Source: a virus (taxonomy: Duplodnaviria; Caudoviricetes). Taken from it: a DNA stretch of 54,705 nt. Below the pieces are notes generated by a model. That model did not search any database, was not told where the DNA came from, and saw only the letters and a list, made by a program, of their open reading frames with translations. This document shows, piece by piece, positions 27,726 to 37,416 of this stretch (its first letter is position 1; the number at the start of each line of letters is the position of its first letter). The position numbers and the translations under genes are program-made. The stretch is taken from the IMG/VR virus record IMGVR_UViG_3300037842_001004, positions 1 to 54,705 of that record; one strand, written 5' to 3'.

Positions 27726-30700
27726 GCTCGATCGAGCCGAGCGCGCGGACGGGCAGGGTCCGTGCGAGACCGGGGCGATAAGGCGCGCGAGCGGCTTCTC
27801 AAGTCCGGCGAGCGAGCCGGTCACAAGTACCTGTACCGGGTCAAACACGGCCGCGGCTGGCGCTACGTCTACAAGGATGATGTGGCGCACCACGCCCGAC
27901 CCATCTCGGACCGCGAGCGTTGGCGCCGCGACAGGTCACCGAAGGCGGACCAGGAGACGGCGCACAGGGTCGCGGCGCACGGTATTGTGCCGCACGCCGG
28001 CGTGCTGCGAGACGACGAGGTCCACGGCGCGTCGAGGGTCCTGGGCGGACACCGGGTCGACGAGAGCCGACTCAACTCAGCCGGTGTGCCGATCAAGGTC
28101 CCGAACCACAATCCGCACGACGAGTGGAACCGACATCGAGAGATTCTCGCCGCCCGGATCGGCGTTGTGGGCGACAGCATCGCCCACAACGAGAGTCGGC
28201 TCTCGACCTGGACGAACGGCACGGGCGAGGGCGTCACCTCCGCGGCCGAGCTGGTCGAGTTGGCGGGTGCGGCTGAGAGCGGGTTCAAGGACGTGATGCA
28301 CGCCGCCTGCGGCGCCGTCGCCGGTGCGACGACCTTCTACGGCGAGAAGAAGGACAAGGACGGGAAGGTCACGGGCGACTACGCCATCAAGGGCGCGAAG
28401 CGTCTAGGCGAGAAGGTCGAGGCGTGGGCGAAGGACGACGTCGAGCAGGGCCGGATGAGCAACATCGAGGGCGCACGCCTCCGTGTGCTCCGCAACGAAG
28501 TCAGCGACTGCTTGCGCGGCTCGATCCTCGTCGACCACCCGGAGCAGATCGGCCACGCCGTCGCGGCGCTTCGCGAGCACGCGAGGGCCGTTGGAGCTGA
28601 CATTACGGTCGAGAACAAGTGGGGCAACGAACACAAGGGCGCCTATCTGGCGGTGCATGCCCGGATGCTCATGCCGTCCCCAAAGGGGATGATCCGAACC
28701 GAGGTGCAGATCCACCCGAAGGCGCTCATCGAGCCCAAGGAGGAGATGCACAAGGTCTACGACGTGACGCGCAAGCCGGGCTTCGACAAGGCGAAGGACA
28801 AGGACGCCTACAACGCGAGCAGCAAACTCGTTTGGACGGCCGGCATGCGTCGACTGAACGAGGACCGCGGGCACGGGCAACTGACGGACCAAACGTCGCC
28901 GCATGCCTCACCCGAGGTTCACGAAGAGGCCGCACGGGCGCACGAGGGCGTAGCCAGGATGCACGAGGTCCGTGGCGCCCAGGCGGTCGGGGTGGCACGG
29001 GGTGGCGAGAAGGCAACGGACAGGCACGCGCGCTTCGCGAACGCCGCCCGATCGATGGCCCGAGCGCACCGCGTCCAAGCCTCCGCGAAGCGCGGTATCC
29101 GTCCGTTGGACGTCGGGGAGACTCACCAGCACCTCAGTTCGGACGAGCACGACAAACTCGCAGGGCTTCACGAGATGTCGGCCGTCGAGGACGAGCACGG
29201 TGCCTGGGGCATGAAGCACGGCGTGGACCGCGAGGTGGCCCTGAACCGCGCCGCTGTGTCCCGCCTCACAGCCGTCGGCCATCAGCAGGCAGCCCGGAAT
29301 GTTCGCATTGCCGCGATGGCCCGGCCGCTCCTGAAGGCCGAGGACCTTGAGAAGGGTCGGATGCGCGGGGGTAAGTACCTCAAGAAGCGTTGGACCGGCT
29401 CCCGTTGGGCCTACACCTACCCGGACGACGTCCACCCGGGGAAGCAGCGTCGCGCCATCATGGAGGACTTGGAGCACCACGTCCGACACGGCCACCTGCA
29501 CTCCGAGACGATCGCCGACCACGGGACCCGCCTCGGGGAGCTGGACAAGAAGGTCCGCGTCCGAGCGGCCGTCCGAGCTGGCGCCGATGCGTCCGAACTG
29601 GCTGCGATGAGTTGGGACGACCGCGAGGCGGCGATCGCCGCGAAGGTCGGTGAGCGCCCCTGGCGACGGAGCGCGGGGAAGGGGAAGACCGGGCGCGTGG
29701 GGTCGCAGGACCCGATGACCGGCACCTCGCTCGGGCAGTCCAGGGCGAACAAGGCACGGGCGAAGGCGGCCCACGTCGGCTCTGTCGGCGCTCAGGCCAA
29801 CCCACCGCGGCTGCACCCGGCCGCGACGGCATCGCGTGCGCAACAACTCGCGACGCACTCGGCCGCGGTCCACATCGAGACGCACCGGAACCCGCCCGAG
29901 GGCGGCGACCGGTACTCGGCCGTGCGGACCAAGTTGCACCAGGAGGCCATCAGCGCCCACACCGAGGGGAAAACGAAGGGGCACGACCGGCCGCACGCGA
30001 TCGTGATGATGGGCGGGCCAGGGTCCGGCAAGGGGACCGTCCTCAAGAAGATCATGGGGAAGGGTGCGATGGACAACTACGTCCACGTCGACCCCGACGA
30101 GATGAAGCAGCGCGTGCCCGAGTACCAGATCGCGCGTGCCCGGAACGCCAAGGACGCGGCGTCGGTGGGTCACGAAGAGTCGTCGCACATGGCGGTGAAG
30201 CTCCACCAGCACGCCGTCGCAGCTCGACACAACATCCTGCTCGACGGCACCGGGAAGAACGCGAAGAAGCACATCGCGAAGATCAAGGCCCTGAAGGCGG
30301 CCGGCTACCACGTCACCGTCATCAGCCCGCACATCGGGGTCGAGGAGGGCGTGGCGCGCGTCTCCCAACGTGCGGACCGGTCTGGTCGCTTCGTCCCGAC
30401 CGACGTCGTGCGCGGGGCGTACGGCAAGATCCCGGGCAACTTCCACGACGTGGCCGCGCACGCCGACGACGCGATGTTGATCGACAACCACAACGGCCCG
30501 CGCGTCATGTGGCACAAAGACGAAGACGGCGAGCACGTCAGCCACGCCGACCACTACTCCCGCTTCCGCGAGGACGCGGCGGAGTCGAGGAAGGGGCAGG
30601 GGAAGGACGCACGCGAGGCGACGGCCGCGGCGTCGGCCGCGTCTGCCGACTCCGACCAGGGCCACCTGCAGGCCCACCTTCGTCACCGTCGCCTGTCGAG

Positions 30701-31244
30701 CGCGGCGACGTCCGCCGGCAACGAGGGCCTCGCCGCGCAACACAAGGCCGCAAGCCGAGCCCACCTGGAGGCCGCGCAATCACCCACGGCGGAGGGCCGC
30801 ACCCGCGCAGCGTCCGTCGCTGCGCTACACGAGCACGCCACGACCCACCCGGGGCACGACCAGAGCATCGAGTGGCACCACAAGCAGGCCGGGTTGGTAC
30901 ATCGGGCCGTGATGGCCGGCGCAGGGCATCGCGTCACGCCGGATATGCGAGAGGCCGGGAAGCACTCGCCAACGTCCCCGACAAAGCCAGATCCAGCCGA
31001 GGCACACGAGCAGGCGGCCGCGGGCCACGATCGCGTGGCCGCCGGGCACGAGCACGCCACCGGGCAGCGTCACGCGGACGCCCAGGGGAACACCGTTCCG
31101 CCCGACGCGCACAAGGCGGCGGCGAAGGCCCACCGGTCGGCAGCGCAGGCCCACCGCGACGGCCGCGGGGACGCGCAGGCGTTGACCTACAAGGCCGACG
31201 ACGCATCAACCCGAGCCCATGGCTGGAACACACGAGGCGCTTGA
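27693..31244 (+). CDS. giant cargo protein 3: two short leaders, RelA/SpoT-like nucleotidyltransferase + zeta-toxin kinase + His/Ala repeats
   Basis: LLKSG...HKYLYRVK...WRYVY. IKGAKRLGEK...SDCLRGSI...YLAVH...TEVQIH...HKVYD (~28385-28770). LEKG...KYLKKRWTGSRWAYTY. MGGPGSGKG...VDPDEMK...HEESS...NILLDGT...GRFVP (~29994-30510). Confidence 0.85.
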   Translation: MDSMDSMDSMDARSSRARGRAGSVRDRGDKARERLLKSGERAGHKYLYRVKHGRGWRYVYKDDVAHHARPISDRERWRRDRSPKADQETAHRVAAHGIVPHAGVLRDDEVHGASRVLGGHRVDESRLNSAGVPIKVPNHNPHDEWNRHREILAARIGVVGDSIAHNESRLSTWTNGTGEGVTSAAELVELAGAAESGFKDVMHAACGAVAGATTFYGEKKDKDGKVTGDYAIKGAKRLGEKVEAWAKDDVEQGRMSNIEGARLRVLRNEVSDCLRGSILVDHPEQIGHAVAALREHARAVGADITVENKWGNEHKGAYLAVHARMLMPSPKGMIRTEVQIHPKALIEPKEEMHKVYDVTRKPGFDKAKDKDAYNASSKLVWTAGMRRLNEDRGHGQLTDQTSPHASPEVHEEAARAHEGVARMHEVRGAQAVGVARGGEKATDRHARFANAARSMARAHRVQASAKRGIRPLDVGETHQHLSSDEHDKLAGLHEMSAVEDEHGAWGMKHGVDREVALNRAAVSRLTAVGHQQAARNVRIAAMARPLLKAEDLEKGRMRGGKYLKKRWTGSRWAYTYPDDVHPGKQRRAIMEDLEHHVRHGHLHSETIADHGTRLGELDKKVRVRAAVRAGADASELAAMSWDDREAAIAAKVGERPWRRSAGKGKTGRVGSQDPMTGTSLGQSRANKARAKAAHVGSVGAQANPPRLHPAATASRAQQLATHSAAVHIETHRNPPEGGDRYSAVRTKLHQEAISAHTEGKTKGHDRPHAIVMMGGPGSGKGTVLKKIMGKGAMDNYVHVDPDEMKQRVPEYQIARARNAKDAASVGHEESSHMAVKLHQHAVAARHNILLDGTGKNAKKHIAKIKALKAAGYHVTVISPHIGVEEGVARVSQRADRSGRFVPTDVVRGAYGKIPGNFHDVAAHADDAMLIDNHNGPRVMWHKDEDGEHVSHADHYSRFREDAAESRKGQGKDAREATAAASAASADSDQGHLQAHLRHRRLSSAATSAGNEGLAAQHKAASRAHLEAAQSPTAEGRTRAASVAALHEHATTHPGHDQSIEWHHKQAGLVHRAVMAGAGHRVTPDMREAGKHSPTSPTKPDPAEAHEQAAAGHDRVAAGHEHATGQRHADAQGNTVPPDAHKAAAKAHRSAAQAHRDGRGDAQALTYKADDASTRAHGWNTRGA

Positions 31245-31269
31245 CTCTGTAGGCGGCCTCGCCTACATT
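31241..31269 (+). promoter_or_regulatory. sigma70-like promoter with operator
   Basis: TTGACT-17nt-TACATT with GTAGGCG-gcct-CGCCTAC; overlaps the stop of the toxin gene. Confidence 0.8.
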
Positions 31270-31308
31270 GGTAGTGCGACCTCAAGCGTCGCAGAGGAGG
31301 AGGGCCAC

Positions 31309-31497
31309 ATGGCTAAGAAGCACGCCGGCATACCGCTATCTGAGATGATCGCGCGCGCCAACAAGTTCGGCGAGGCGGGGAAGCCCGCGCTGGACTACGA
31401 TCCAGACGAGCCGAAGACGTACGAACGCGAGGCGTTCGTTCCAAACCACCGGGAAGCAGAGGACGACCACCTCGGCGACGACCCCGTCGACGAGTGA
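31309..31497 (+). CDS. small acidic protein, candidate antitoxin/immunity
   Basis: Own promoter and GAGGAGG RBS; directly after the zeta/RelA-like gene. Confidence 0.6.
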   Translation: MAKKHAGIPLSEMIARANKFGEAGKPALDYDPDEPKTYEREAFVPNHREAEDDHLGDDPVDE

Positions 31498-31537
31498 CCG
31501 TTCCGTCCGCGCGATGCTACTCGGCCGCCAGCAAGGG

Positions 31538-31565
31538 TTGGCAGGTGGGCGTCCGTGCTTACCTT
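31538..31565 (+). promoter_or_regulatory. sigma70-like promoter with operator (weaker -35)
   Basis: TTGGCA-ggtgggcgtccgtgct(16)-TACCTT, nearly identical to the 16744 leftward promoter. Confidence 0.6.
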
Positions 31566-31595
31566 TAGGGTGCAACAGAGGAGAGGAGCCACACG

Positions 31596-31835
31596 ATGGC
31601 TGAAGAGTTTGAGTTCTACATGCGCCTCAACGGCGAGCCTGTCGCCGTCAAGGACCGAACGGTCTACACGTTCCACGGACAGACCGGCGCGCTAAACCCG
31701 TCCAGTGTGCCGGCCCACATGGTCGAGCAGGACTGCATTCGCATCACGGCGGCGAAGGCCACGGAGTTGAAGGTGCAACTCCTGGCGAATGTGAAGGAGC
31801 GGTTCGCATCGGAGGCCCGGCGCAAGAACGGCTGA
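31596..31835 (+). CDS. small protein, candidate immunity protein
   Basis: Own promoter and AGGAG RBS; beta-rich N-terminus plus RITAAKATEL helix. Confidence 0.65.
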   Translation: MAEEFEFYMRLNGEPVAVKDRTVYTFHGQTGALNPSSVPAHMVEQDCIRITAAKATELKVQLLANVKERFASEARRKNG

Positions 31836-31869
31836 GACCGTCCCGCCGCGCGGTGCTAGACTCGGCCGC

Positions 31870-34800
31870 GTGAACCCCGACCGAGCCAACCGAGCCCGCT
31901 TGCGCAAGTCGTTGGCGGGCATCGGTGCATCAGCAGCGCACGTCGCAAACGTGGCGAGGCTTCGCCAGCATCCGATGGGTCCGCCGCCAGGGCGCAACCG
32001 CAAGCGTTGGCCCTACCAGGGCACCGTCGACTTCCAAGGTCTGTCCGTTCGGGTCGAGAACGCCGCCGGCGACTTCCGCCGCGGTGTGTCGGACGACGGG
32101 ACGCCGTGGAAGACCAAGATGCGGGTCCACTACGGCGAGTTCGTCGGGACCCGCGGGACGGACGGCGACCCGGTCGACTGTTTCATCGGGCCACGCCGCT
32201 ACGCCCCGTTCGCCTACGTCGTCCACGCCCGAGACCGCCGCACCGACACCTACGACGAGTGCAAGGTGATGCTCGGGTTCTCGACCAGGGCCGAGGCCCT
32301 GGCGATGTACCGCGCGCACTACGACGGGACCGGCTGGGTCGACGGCGTCCGCAAGCTCGCGGTCGGCGAGCTGCGCGCGTGGCTCAGGGACCCCCGCAAC
32401 CGCGGCCGCAAGATCGGCGGCGGCCAAGAGCTGCGCAAGGCGATCCCGTTGCCGGCCGACCTCGGCCGGGCGCTCTGGGATGCCCAGGAGGGCGACCTCA
32501 CCAAAGGCAAGGCGCACAAGTACATCCGACGCGTCCGCAGGAACGGCCGGTGGGTCTACTTCTACAAGGTCACCGGCGGAGCTGGGCTCGGCCACCACGA
32601 CGAAATGCACGTCGGCGCCAAGTTCCGAATGCCGCTGACCTACTCGTCCAACCCAGAGAACCCGGTCGCGGGGCACTGGGAGGTCATCGGCGAGACCAAG
32701 GACGGGAAGATCCGGGTTCGTCACGACGAGTCCGGGGCCGAGCGGACGACGACCCGCGAGCAATTCTCGGAGGCCCTACGCGAGCATCACCGGGAGAGCA
32801 TCCGCGACGTCGGCCAGCGCGCGCACGAGGAGCACGTCGCAGCGTCGCTATACGGCTCGACGCGCCAACGAGAGCGCGCCGCGGAGCGCGTCCGCGAGCG
32901 GTTCCGGCAGTTCCCAGAGATGCAGCGGCTGCTATTCATCGCGCCGCCGGCGAAAGAGCCGAAGTGGCGCCCAAAGGGCCACCGGGAGCACGAGCACCTG
33001 AAGGCCGCCTTCCGCCTCTGCGAGAAGTACATCGACAACCCCCGCGGCCAGCTCGGACCCGCCGACACCGAAGCATGGAAGCCCGACGACAACGCCCGCC
33101 GGGCCGCGCGGCTGGCGCTCAAGGCCCTGGAGTTCTACGGGCACGACTTCGCGACCGCGACGCGCCTCTCGAAGCGAGCCGAGGCCCTGGGTATCGGTTC
33201 GTCGAAAGCCTTCGTCGAGCGGCTCCAGGCCATCGCCGCGGGCGACCCCAGCCTCAACCGGACGGGGCGCTACTACGACGTCAGCGCCTACGCCATGCGC
33301 GCCCTCTTCGCGTTCGAGCACGCCAAGGGTGAGCTGGCGATCGACCGCAAAGAGGACCTGAAGGGGAACGTCGCTCTCTACCTCGACACGCTCAGGCACG
33401 AGGCCCGGCGCAACTACATCAAGGGCCACGGGAACCGCGGGGGCATGGAGGCCCTGCGCGACATCCTCGGCCAGATCCGCACGAAGCGCGGGGTCAAGGC
33501 GTTCGAGGACATCCTGGCTTTCACGTCCAGCGCCAAGAGCGGTCCTGGACGTCGCGTGCGCCTCGCCCACGACGTCCTCGACCACGCCATCGCGACCGCA
33601 CAGGGGCGTCTGAAGTCGGCCGACAGGGAGATGGAGCGCCTGGGGCGCAGCGACCTGACCTCGACGTCGGGCCGCGCGACGCCGACCCTGGACGCCGCCA
33701 TCGAGAGCGACATCCAGGCCGTGCGCATCGCGAGCGGCTCGCTCACCGGCGCTCACCAGGAGTTCGGCCACGTCCTCGTGAGCGCCGACCGTCGCGTCCA
33801 CACCGAGAACTGGGAGTCGCGCGTACCTGACCACCGATTCTCCCAACTCCACCCGTCGAACTCGATGGTCCAACGCGCGTTCCGCGAGCGGTTCGGCGCC
33901 TCCGTCCACATCGAGGACGCCGTCTTCGACACGTTCAACTCACCACCGAGAGGACCGACGCCCAAATCCATGGAGAAGCGGTTCAAGTCCCTGGAGAAGG
34001 CGGCGTGGGGCATCCACGGCATGGGCGAGGGCGCGGCCGAGTGGGCGACCAACGCCGACAAGGCCGCCGCGGCAGAGGTGCGGATGGCGTCGGAGATGTC
34101 CACCGAGATGCGGGCCGACGCGCTGCGCAGCGTCTGGACGGCCCTGGAGGATATGGAGAAGTCGACCGGGCCTATCGACCTCTCCGGCCTACCCATTGTC
34201 ATCAGCGACCGCTTCGTGGGCACCGGGGCCGCGGCGCACTACAACGGGACGCACACGGCCGCCGAGTTGGGTGCCGACAAGCTCGTCAACGTCGACGTCG
34301 AGCCGAAGAACCGCGACTACCACAACGAGAACGCCGTCCGCGTGAAGCCGCACATCGCGCTCGGACTCAGGGCGGACAAGTCCCTCGGGCACGAGTTGGC
34401 GCACTACATCGAGAACCGGCTCACCATCCGCCCTGGCGGGCAAGATGCCGTTCACGACGCGCTGGCAAGCGCGGGGTTCGAGTGGGCGCACGCGAACGAC
34501 CCGTTCTTCTTCGAGCCAGAGAACCGGGAGTCCTGGGCGAAGGAGAAGCACGACCCGGGGATGCCGAAGGCGATCCTTGGGATGCTCCGTCGCGCGAAGC
34601 ACGTCGGAGGGCTCGTGTCGGAGGCTCAAGACGCCGGGTTCGCGGGCGGCGGGAAGTACCTGTCGACAATCGTCGCTCGCATCCTTCACTGGCGGGCGAA
34701 GGCCGACAAGCCAGCGTACCACGGCGACGGTAGCGCCGAGATAGCGAGCCTCGCAGACGGGATGCTCGCCAAGCTGCGCAAGCTCCCCGGCGGCCGCGAG

Positions 34801-35184
34801 GTCATCGATCTGCAGGAGGCCATCCAGAGCACCGGTGCCTACCAGCGGTTCGAGGAGATGGACAAAGAAGACAACCGAGGAAACCGGGGCATCATCGACG
34901 AGCTGTTCGGCCGCAAAGACGCGGCGTCGAGGCGCTACTGGGAGTCGGGGACGGAGATGACGGCGCGCGCCGTCGAGCAGTACCTCTACGAGGCCGGCGC
35001 GGCGCGAGGCGAGGTCAACACGACCCTGACGCACCCGCACTACAGCGGCGAGCCCGTGTTAGAGAGGTCGTCGGCCTACTTCGATCCGCACGAGTTCAAC
35101 AAGAAGATCGCCCCAAAGGTCAAGGCGCTCCTGGCGTCGATGGGCGAGCACATGACAAAGGCGTTGCTAGGGGGTGAGCGTTGA
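31870..35184 (+). CDS. giant cargo protein 4: inorganic pyrophosphatase-like + shared leader + HExxH/LPD1-like domain
   Basis: VRVENAAG...HYG...GTDGDPVDCFIG...YDECKVMLGF (polyvalent-protein InPase pattern). LTKGKAHKYIRR leader (~32503-32890). LGHELAHYIE at ~34384. RYWESGTEMTARAVEQYL (LPD1 pattern). Confidence 0.85.
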   Translation: MNPDRANRARLRKSLAGIGASAAHVANVARLRQHPMGPPPGRNRKRWPYQGTVDFQGLSVRVENAAGDFRRGVSDDGTPWKTKMRVHYGEFVGTRGTDGDPVDCFIGPRRYAPFAYVVHARDRRTDTYDECKVMLGFSTRAEALAMYRAHYDGTGWVDGVRKLAVGELRAWLRDPRNRGRKIGGGQELRKAIPLPADLGRALWDAQEGDLTKGKAHKYIRRVRRNGRWVYFYKVTGGAGLGHHDEMHVGAKFRMPLTYSSNPENPVAGHWEVIGETKDGKIRVRHDESGAERTTTREQFSEALREHHRESIRDVGQRAHEEHVAASLYGSTRQRERAAERVRERFRQFPEMQRLLFIAPPAKEPKWRPKGHREHEHLKAAFRLCEKYIDNPRGQLGPADTEAWKPDDNARRAARLALKALEFYGHDFATATRLSKRAEALGIGSSKAFVERLQAIAAGDPSLNRTGRYYDVSAYAMRALFAFEHAKGELAIDRKEDLKGNVALYLDTLRHEARRNYIKGHGNRGGMEALRDILGQIRTKRGVKAFEDILAFTSSAKSGPGRRVRLAHDVLDHAIATAQGRLKSADREMERLGRSDLTSTSGRATPTLDAAIESDIQAVRIASGSLTGAHQEFGHVLVSADRRVHTENWESRVPDHRFSQLHPSNSMVQRAFRERFGASVHIEDAVFDTFNSPPRGPTPKSMEKRFKSLEKAAWGIHGMGEGAAEWATNADKAAAAEVRMASEMSTEMRADALRSVWTALEDMEKSTGPIDLSGLPIVISDRFVGTGAAAHYNGTHTAAELGADKLVNVDVEPKNRDYHNENAVRVKPHIALGLRADKSLGHELAHYIENRLTIRPGGQDAVHDALASAGFEWAHANDPFFFEPENRESWAKEKHDPGMPKAILGMLRRAKHVGGLVSEAQDAGFAGGGKYLSTIVARILHWRAKADKPAYHGDGSAEIASLADGMLAKLRKLPGGREVIDLQEAIQSTGAYQRFEEMDKEDNRGNRGIIDELFGRKDAASRRYWESGTEMTARAVEQYLYEAGAARGEVNTTLTHPHYSGEPVLERSSAYFDPHEFNKKIAPKVKALLASMGEHMTKALLGGER

Positions 35185-36926
35185 GCGTCTTTACCGACAT
35201 GTTCGAGCTGGCGGGAGACGCCATCGAGGGCGCCGCCGACGGCCTCGTGAAGGCCCGGCGCGCCCGGCGCGGCCTCACGGAGACAGAGACAGCGGTCACC
35301 CAGGAGCGCGGCAAGGGCCGCGCGGGCATCGTCACCGACCCCGACTTCGAACTGAAGAACCGCGGCGGGTACGGCAAGGGTGACTTCGCAGAGCGCCCGA
35401 GCGGCCAGACCTGGGACACACTACGCCGCGTCGCTGCAGCCCCCCCGGTGGTCGCGCTCCACAACGTCCAGAAAGACGGCATCGCGGAGTTCTGCAACCC
35501 GCAGGACAACCCGCGGCTTCCGGGGTTCGGCGTCCGCATGCGGGACAAGGGCGCCCGCTACACGCCGTCGAAGGCTGAGGCGAAGGAACTCCACCGGTCG
35601 TCGCGCTTCATGCAGCATTGCGGCCACCTGAACGACATCGGGGAGCTGACGACGAGGACCGACTTCGAGGGGCTCGTCCGGCATTGCATGCCCGACTCCC
35701 TCCGCTTCGACCAATTCTGCATGCAGGTTGAACCGAAGCTCGGTTGGCAACCCGGCGCGATGACTCAGAAGTTCGTACCGCACCGCCTGCACTGGATCCC
35801 GGGCCACACGATCCGCCTCGCGATGCCGCCGACCGACGGCACCCCGTTGAAGGGCTCCGACCTCAAGACCCACCGGTACGTCCAGGTCGACCGCCACGAC
35901 GAGGTGCTCGCCAAGTTCGCGCCGCAGCAACTCATGTTCGGCGTGCTCAACCCGCACCCCGACATCGAGAACGCCGGCTACGGTTGGTCCGACCTGGAGA
36001 AGCTCACGGACGTGTTGACGGCGTGGCTCTACGGCTACGCGTACAACCGGAACTACTTCAAGCAGGGCGCCAACGTGAAGGGCATCTTGCACTTCGACGA
36101 GGAGCCGCCGCGCGGCCAACAACGCCGGTTCGAGCGGTACTTTCACGCGCTCATCACTGGGGTGGGCAACGCGCACAAGGTGCCGATCGCCTGGGGCGGC
36201 AAAGCGAGCTGGTTGAGCCTGGGCCAGAACAACCGCGATATGGAGTTCAACGAGTGGATGAACTTCCTCACGAAGCTCCTATGCGCGATCGCCGGCGTTG
36301 ATCCGGCTGAGATTCACTTCGTGTTCGGCAACACGGGCCAGTCAAGCGCGATGGGGAGCGCCAGCGTCGACGAGAAGATCACCCAGAGCCGCGCGCGCTG
36401 GCTCCGCCCGAGGGTCCGCGCGCTGTTCAAGTGGCTGAACCACTACGTGATCTGGCCCATGAACCCGGACGTCGAAATCTTCGCGACCGGGATCGACATG
36501 GAGAGCGCCGACGCGGAGCACAAGCGGTACATGGACCTCGCTGAGAAGACGCATTACATCGACGAGGTCCGCGCCATGATGGGCGACGGGCCGCTCGAAG
36601 CCGTGCCCGAGGATATGCAGAAGAACCCCGGCAAGGTGATCCTCAACCAGACGTGGCAGCAGGCGACGCAGAGCATGGACGGCATGGAAGAGGGCGGCGG
36701 CGGCGAGGAGGGCGGCGAGGAAGGCGGGGGGGGCGAGGGCGCACCCGAGGACGGCGACGACAAGGCCGCCGAGGACCGTCTGATGGGCGGCGTTGACGAC
36801 GAGGGGGGTGACAGCGGCGGCGGTGGTGGGGATGATGGTGGTGAGCAGGCCGAGGGCCTGTACGATGCGAGCATGATCAAGTCCGGCTCGGCTCGTGATA
36901 GAGTCCGAGCCACTTTGGAACTCTGA
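35181..36926 (+). CDS. portal protein
   Basis: DSLRFDQ...TIR...YVQV...YGWSDLE...YNRNYFKQGANVKGIL...DMEFNEW...GVDPAEI...IDEVRAMMG. Confidence 0.9.
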   Translation: MSVFTDMFELAGDAIEGAADGLVKARRARRGLTETETAVTQERGKGRAGIVTDPDFELKNRGGYGKGDFAERPSGQTWDTLRRVAAAPPVVALHNVQKDGIAEFCNPQDNPRLPGFGVRMRDKGARYTPSKAEAKELHRSSRFMQHCGHLNDIGELTTRTDFEGLVRHCMPDSLRFDQFCMQVEPKLGWQPGAMTQKFVPHRLHWIPGHTIRLAMPPTDGTPLKGSDLKTHRYVQVDRHDEVLAKFAPQQLMFGVLNPHPDIENAGYGWSDLEKLTDVLTAWLYGYAYNRNYFKQGANVKGILHFDEEPPRGQQRRFERYFHALITGVGNAHKVPIAWGGKASWLSLGQNNRDMEFNEWMNFLTKLLCAIAGVDPAEIHFVFGNTGQSSAMGSASVDEKITQSRARWLRPRVRALFKWLNHYVIWPMNPDVEIFATGIDMESADAEHKRYMDLAEKTHYIDEVRAMMGDGPLEAVPEDMQKNPGKVILNQTWQQATQSMDGMEEGGGGEEGGEEGGGGEGAPEDGDDKAAEDRLMGGVDDEGGDSGGGGGDDGGEQAEGLYDASMIKSGSARDRVRATLEL

Positions 36927-36948
36927 CCCCGACCGGGAGAGACTCAAC

Positions 36949-37395
36949 ATGAAGCACGGACGCGACGCATCGCCCTCCGACCTCTTCGCCGGCGGCGGCC
37001 CTGGCCTCGGCGACAAGAACTGGCACACCGAGCAGTTCGACATCGACGTCCCCGTCGACGAGACCATCTACGGCTACCTCAAGGTGCCGTATTCGGGCTT
37101 CATCAAGCGGGTCGAGATGACGCGAGCGGTGGCCGGTGACACGGGCGCCAAGCTCGACGCCCGCGTCATCCTGAACGGGACCACGATCCAGGCGGCCGAT
37201 ATGACCATCGCCAACGCCGACGCCGTGACCGTGGCACCCGTGGCCGTGCTCGACACCGACCACGCGCGCTACGACGCGACAGAGGCGGCGATTGCCGTCC
37301 AGTCCGGCGACCTGATCCAGGTCGAGGTCAAGGACGTCGAGACCGCCGCCGACTCCGGCAAGGGCCTGACCGTCCTCCTGACCATCCTCCGCTAG
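36949..37395 (+). CDS. virion structural protein (beta-rich, head-associated)
   Basis: Beta-rich composition, GGGAG RBS, follows the portal. Confidence 0.55.
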   Translation: MKHGRDASPSDLFAGGGPGLGDKNWHTEQFDIDVPVDETIYGYLKVPYSGFIKRVEMTRAVAGDTGAKLDARVILNGTTIQAADMTIANADAVTVAPVAVLDTDHARYDATEAAIAVQSGDLIQVEVKDVETAADSGKGLTVLLTILR

Positions 37396-37416
37396 ACCCT
37401 CTCGGAGGAGGCCCCC

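Noticed and set aside
36690-36845. GGC/GAG-rich low-complexity tract
   Set aside because: Encodes the usual acidic, Gly-rich disordered portal tail.
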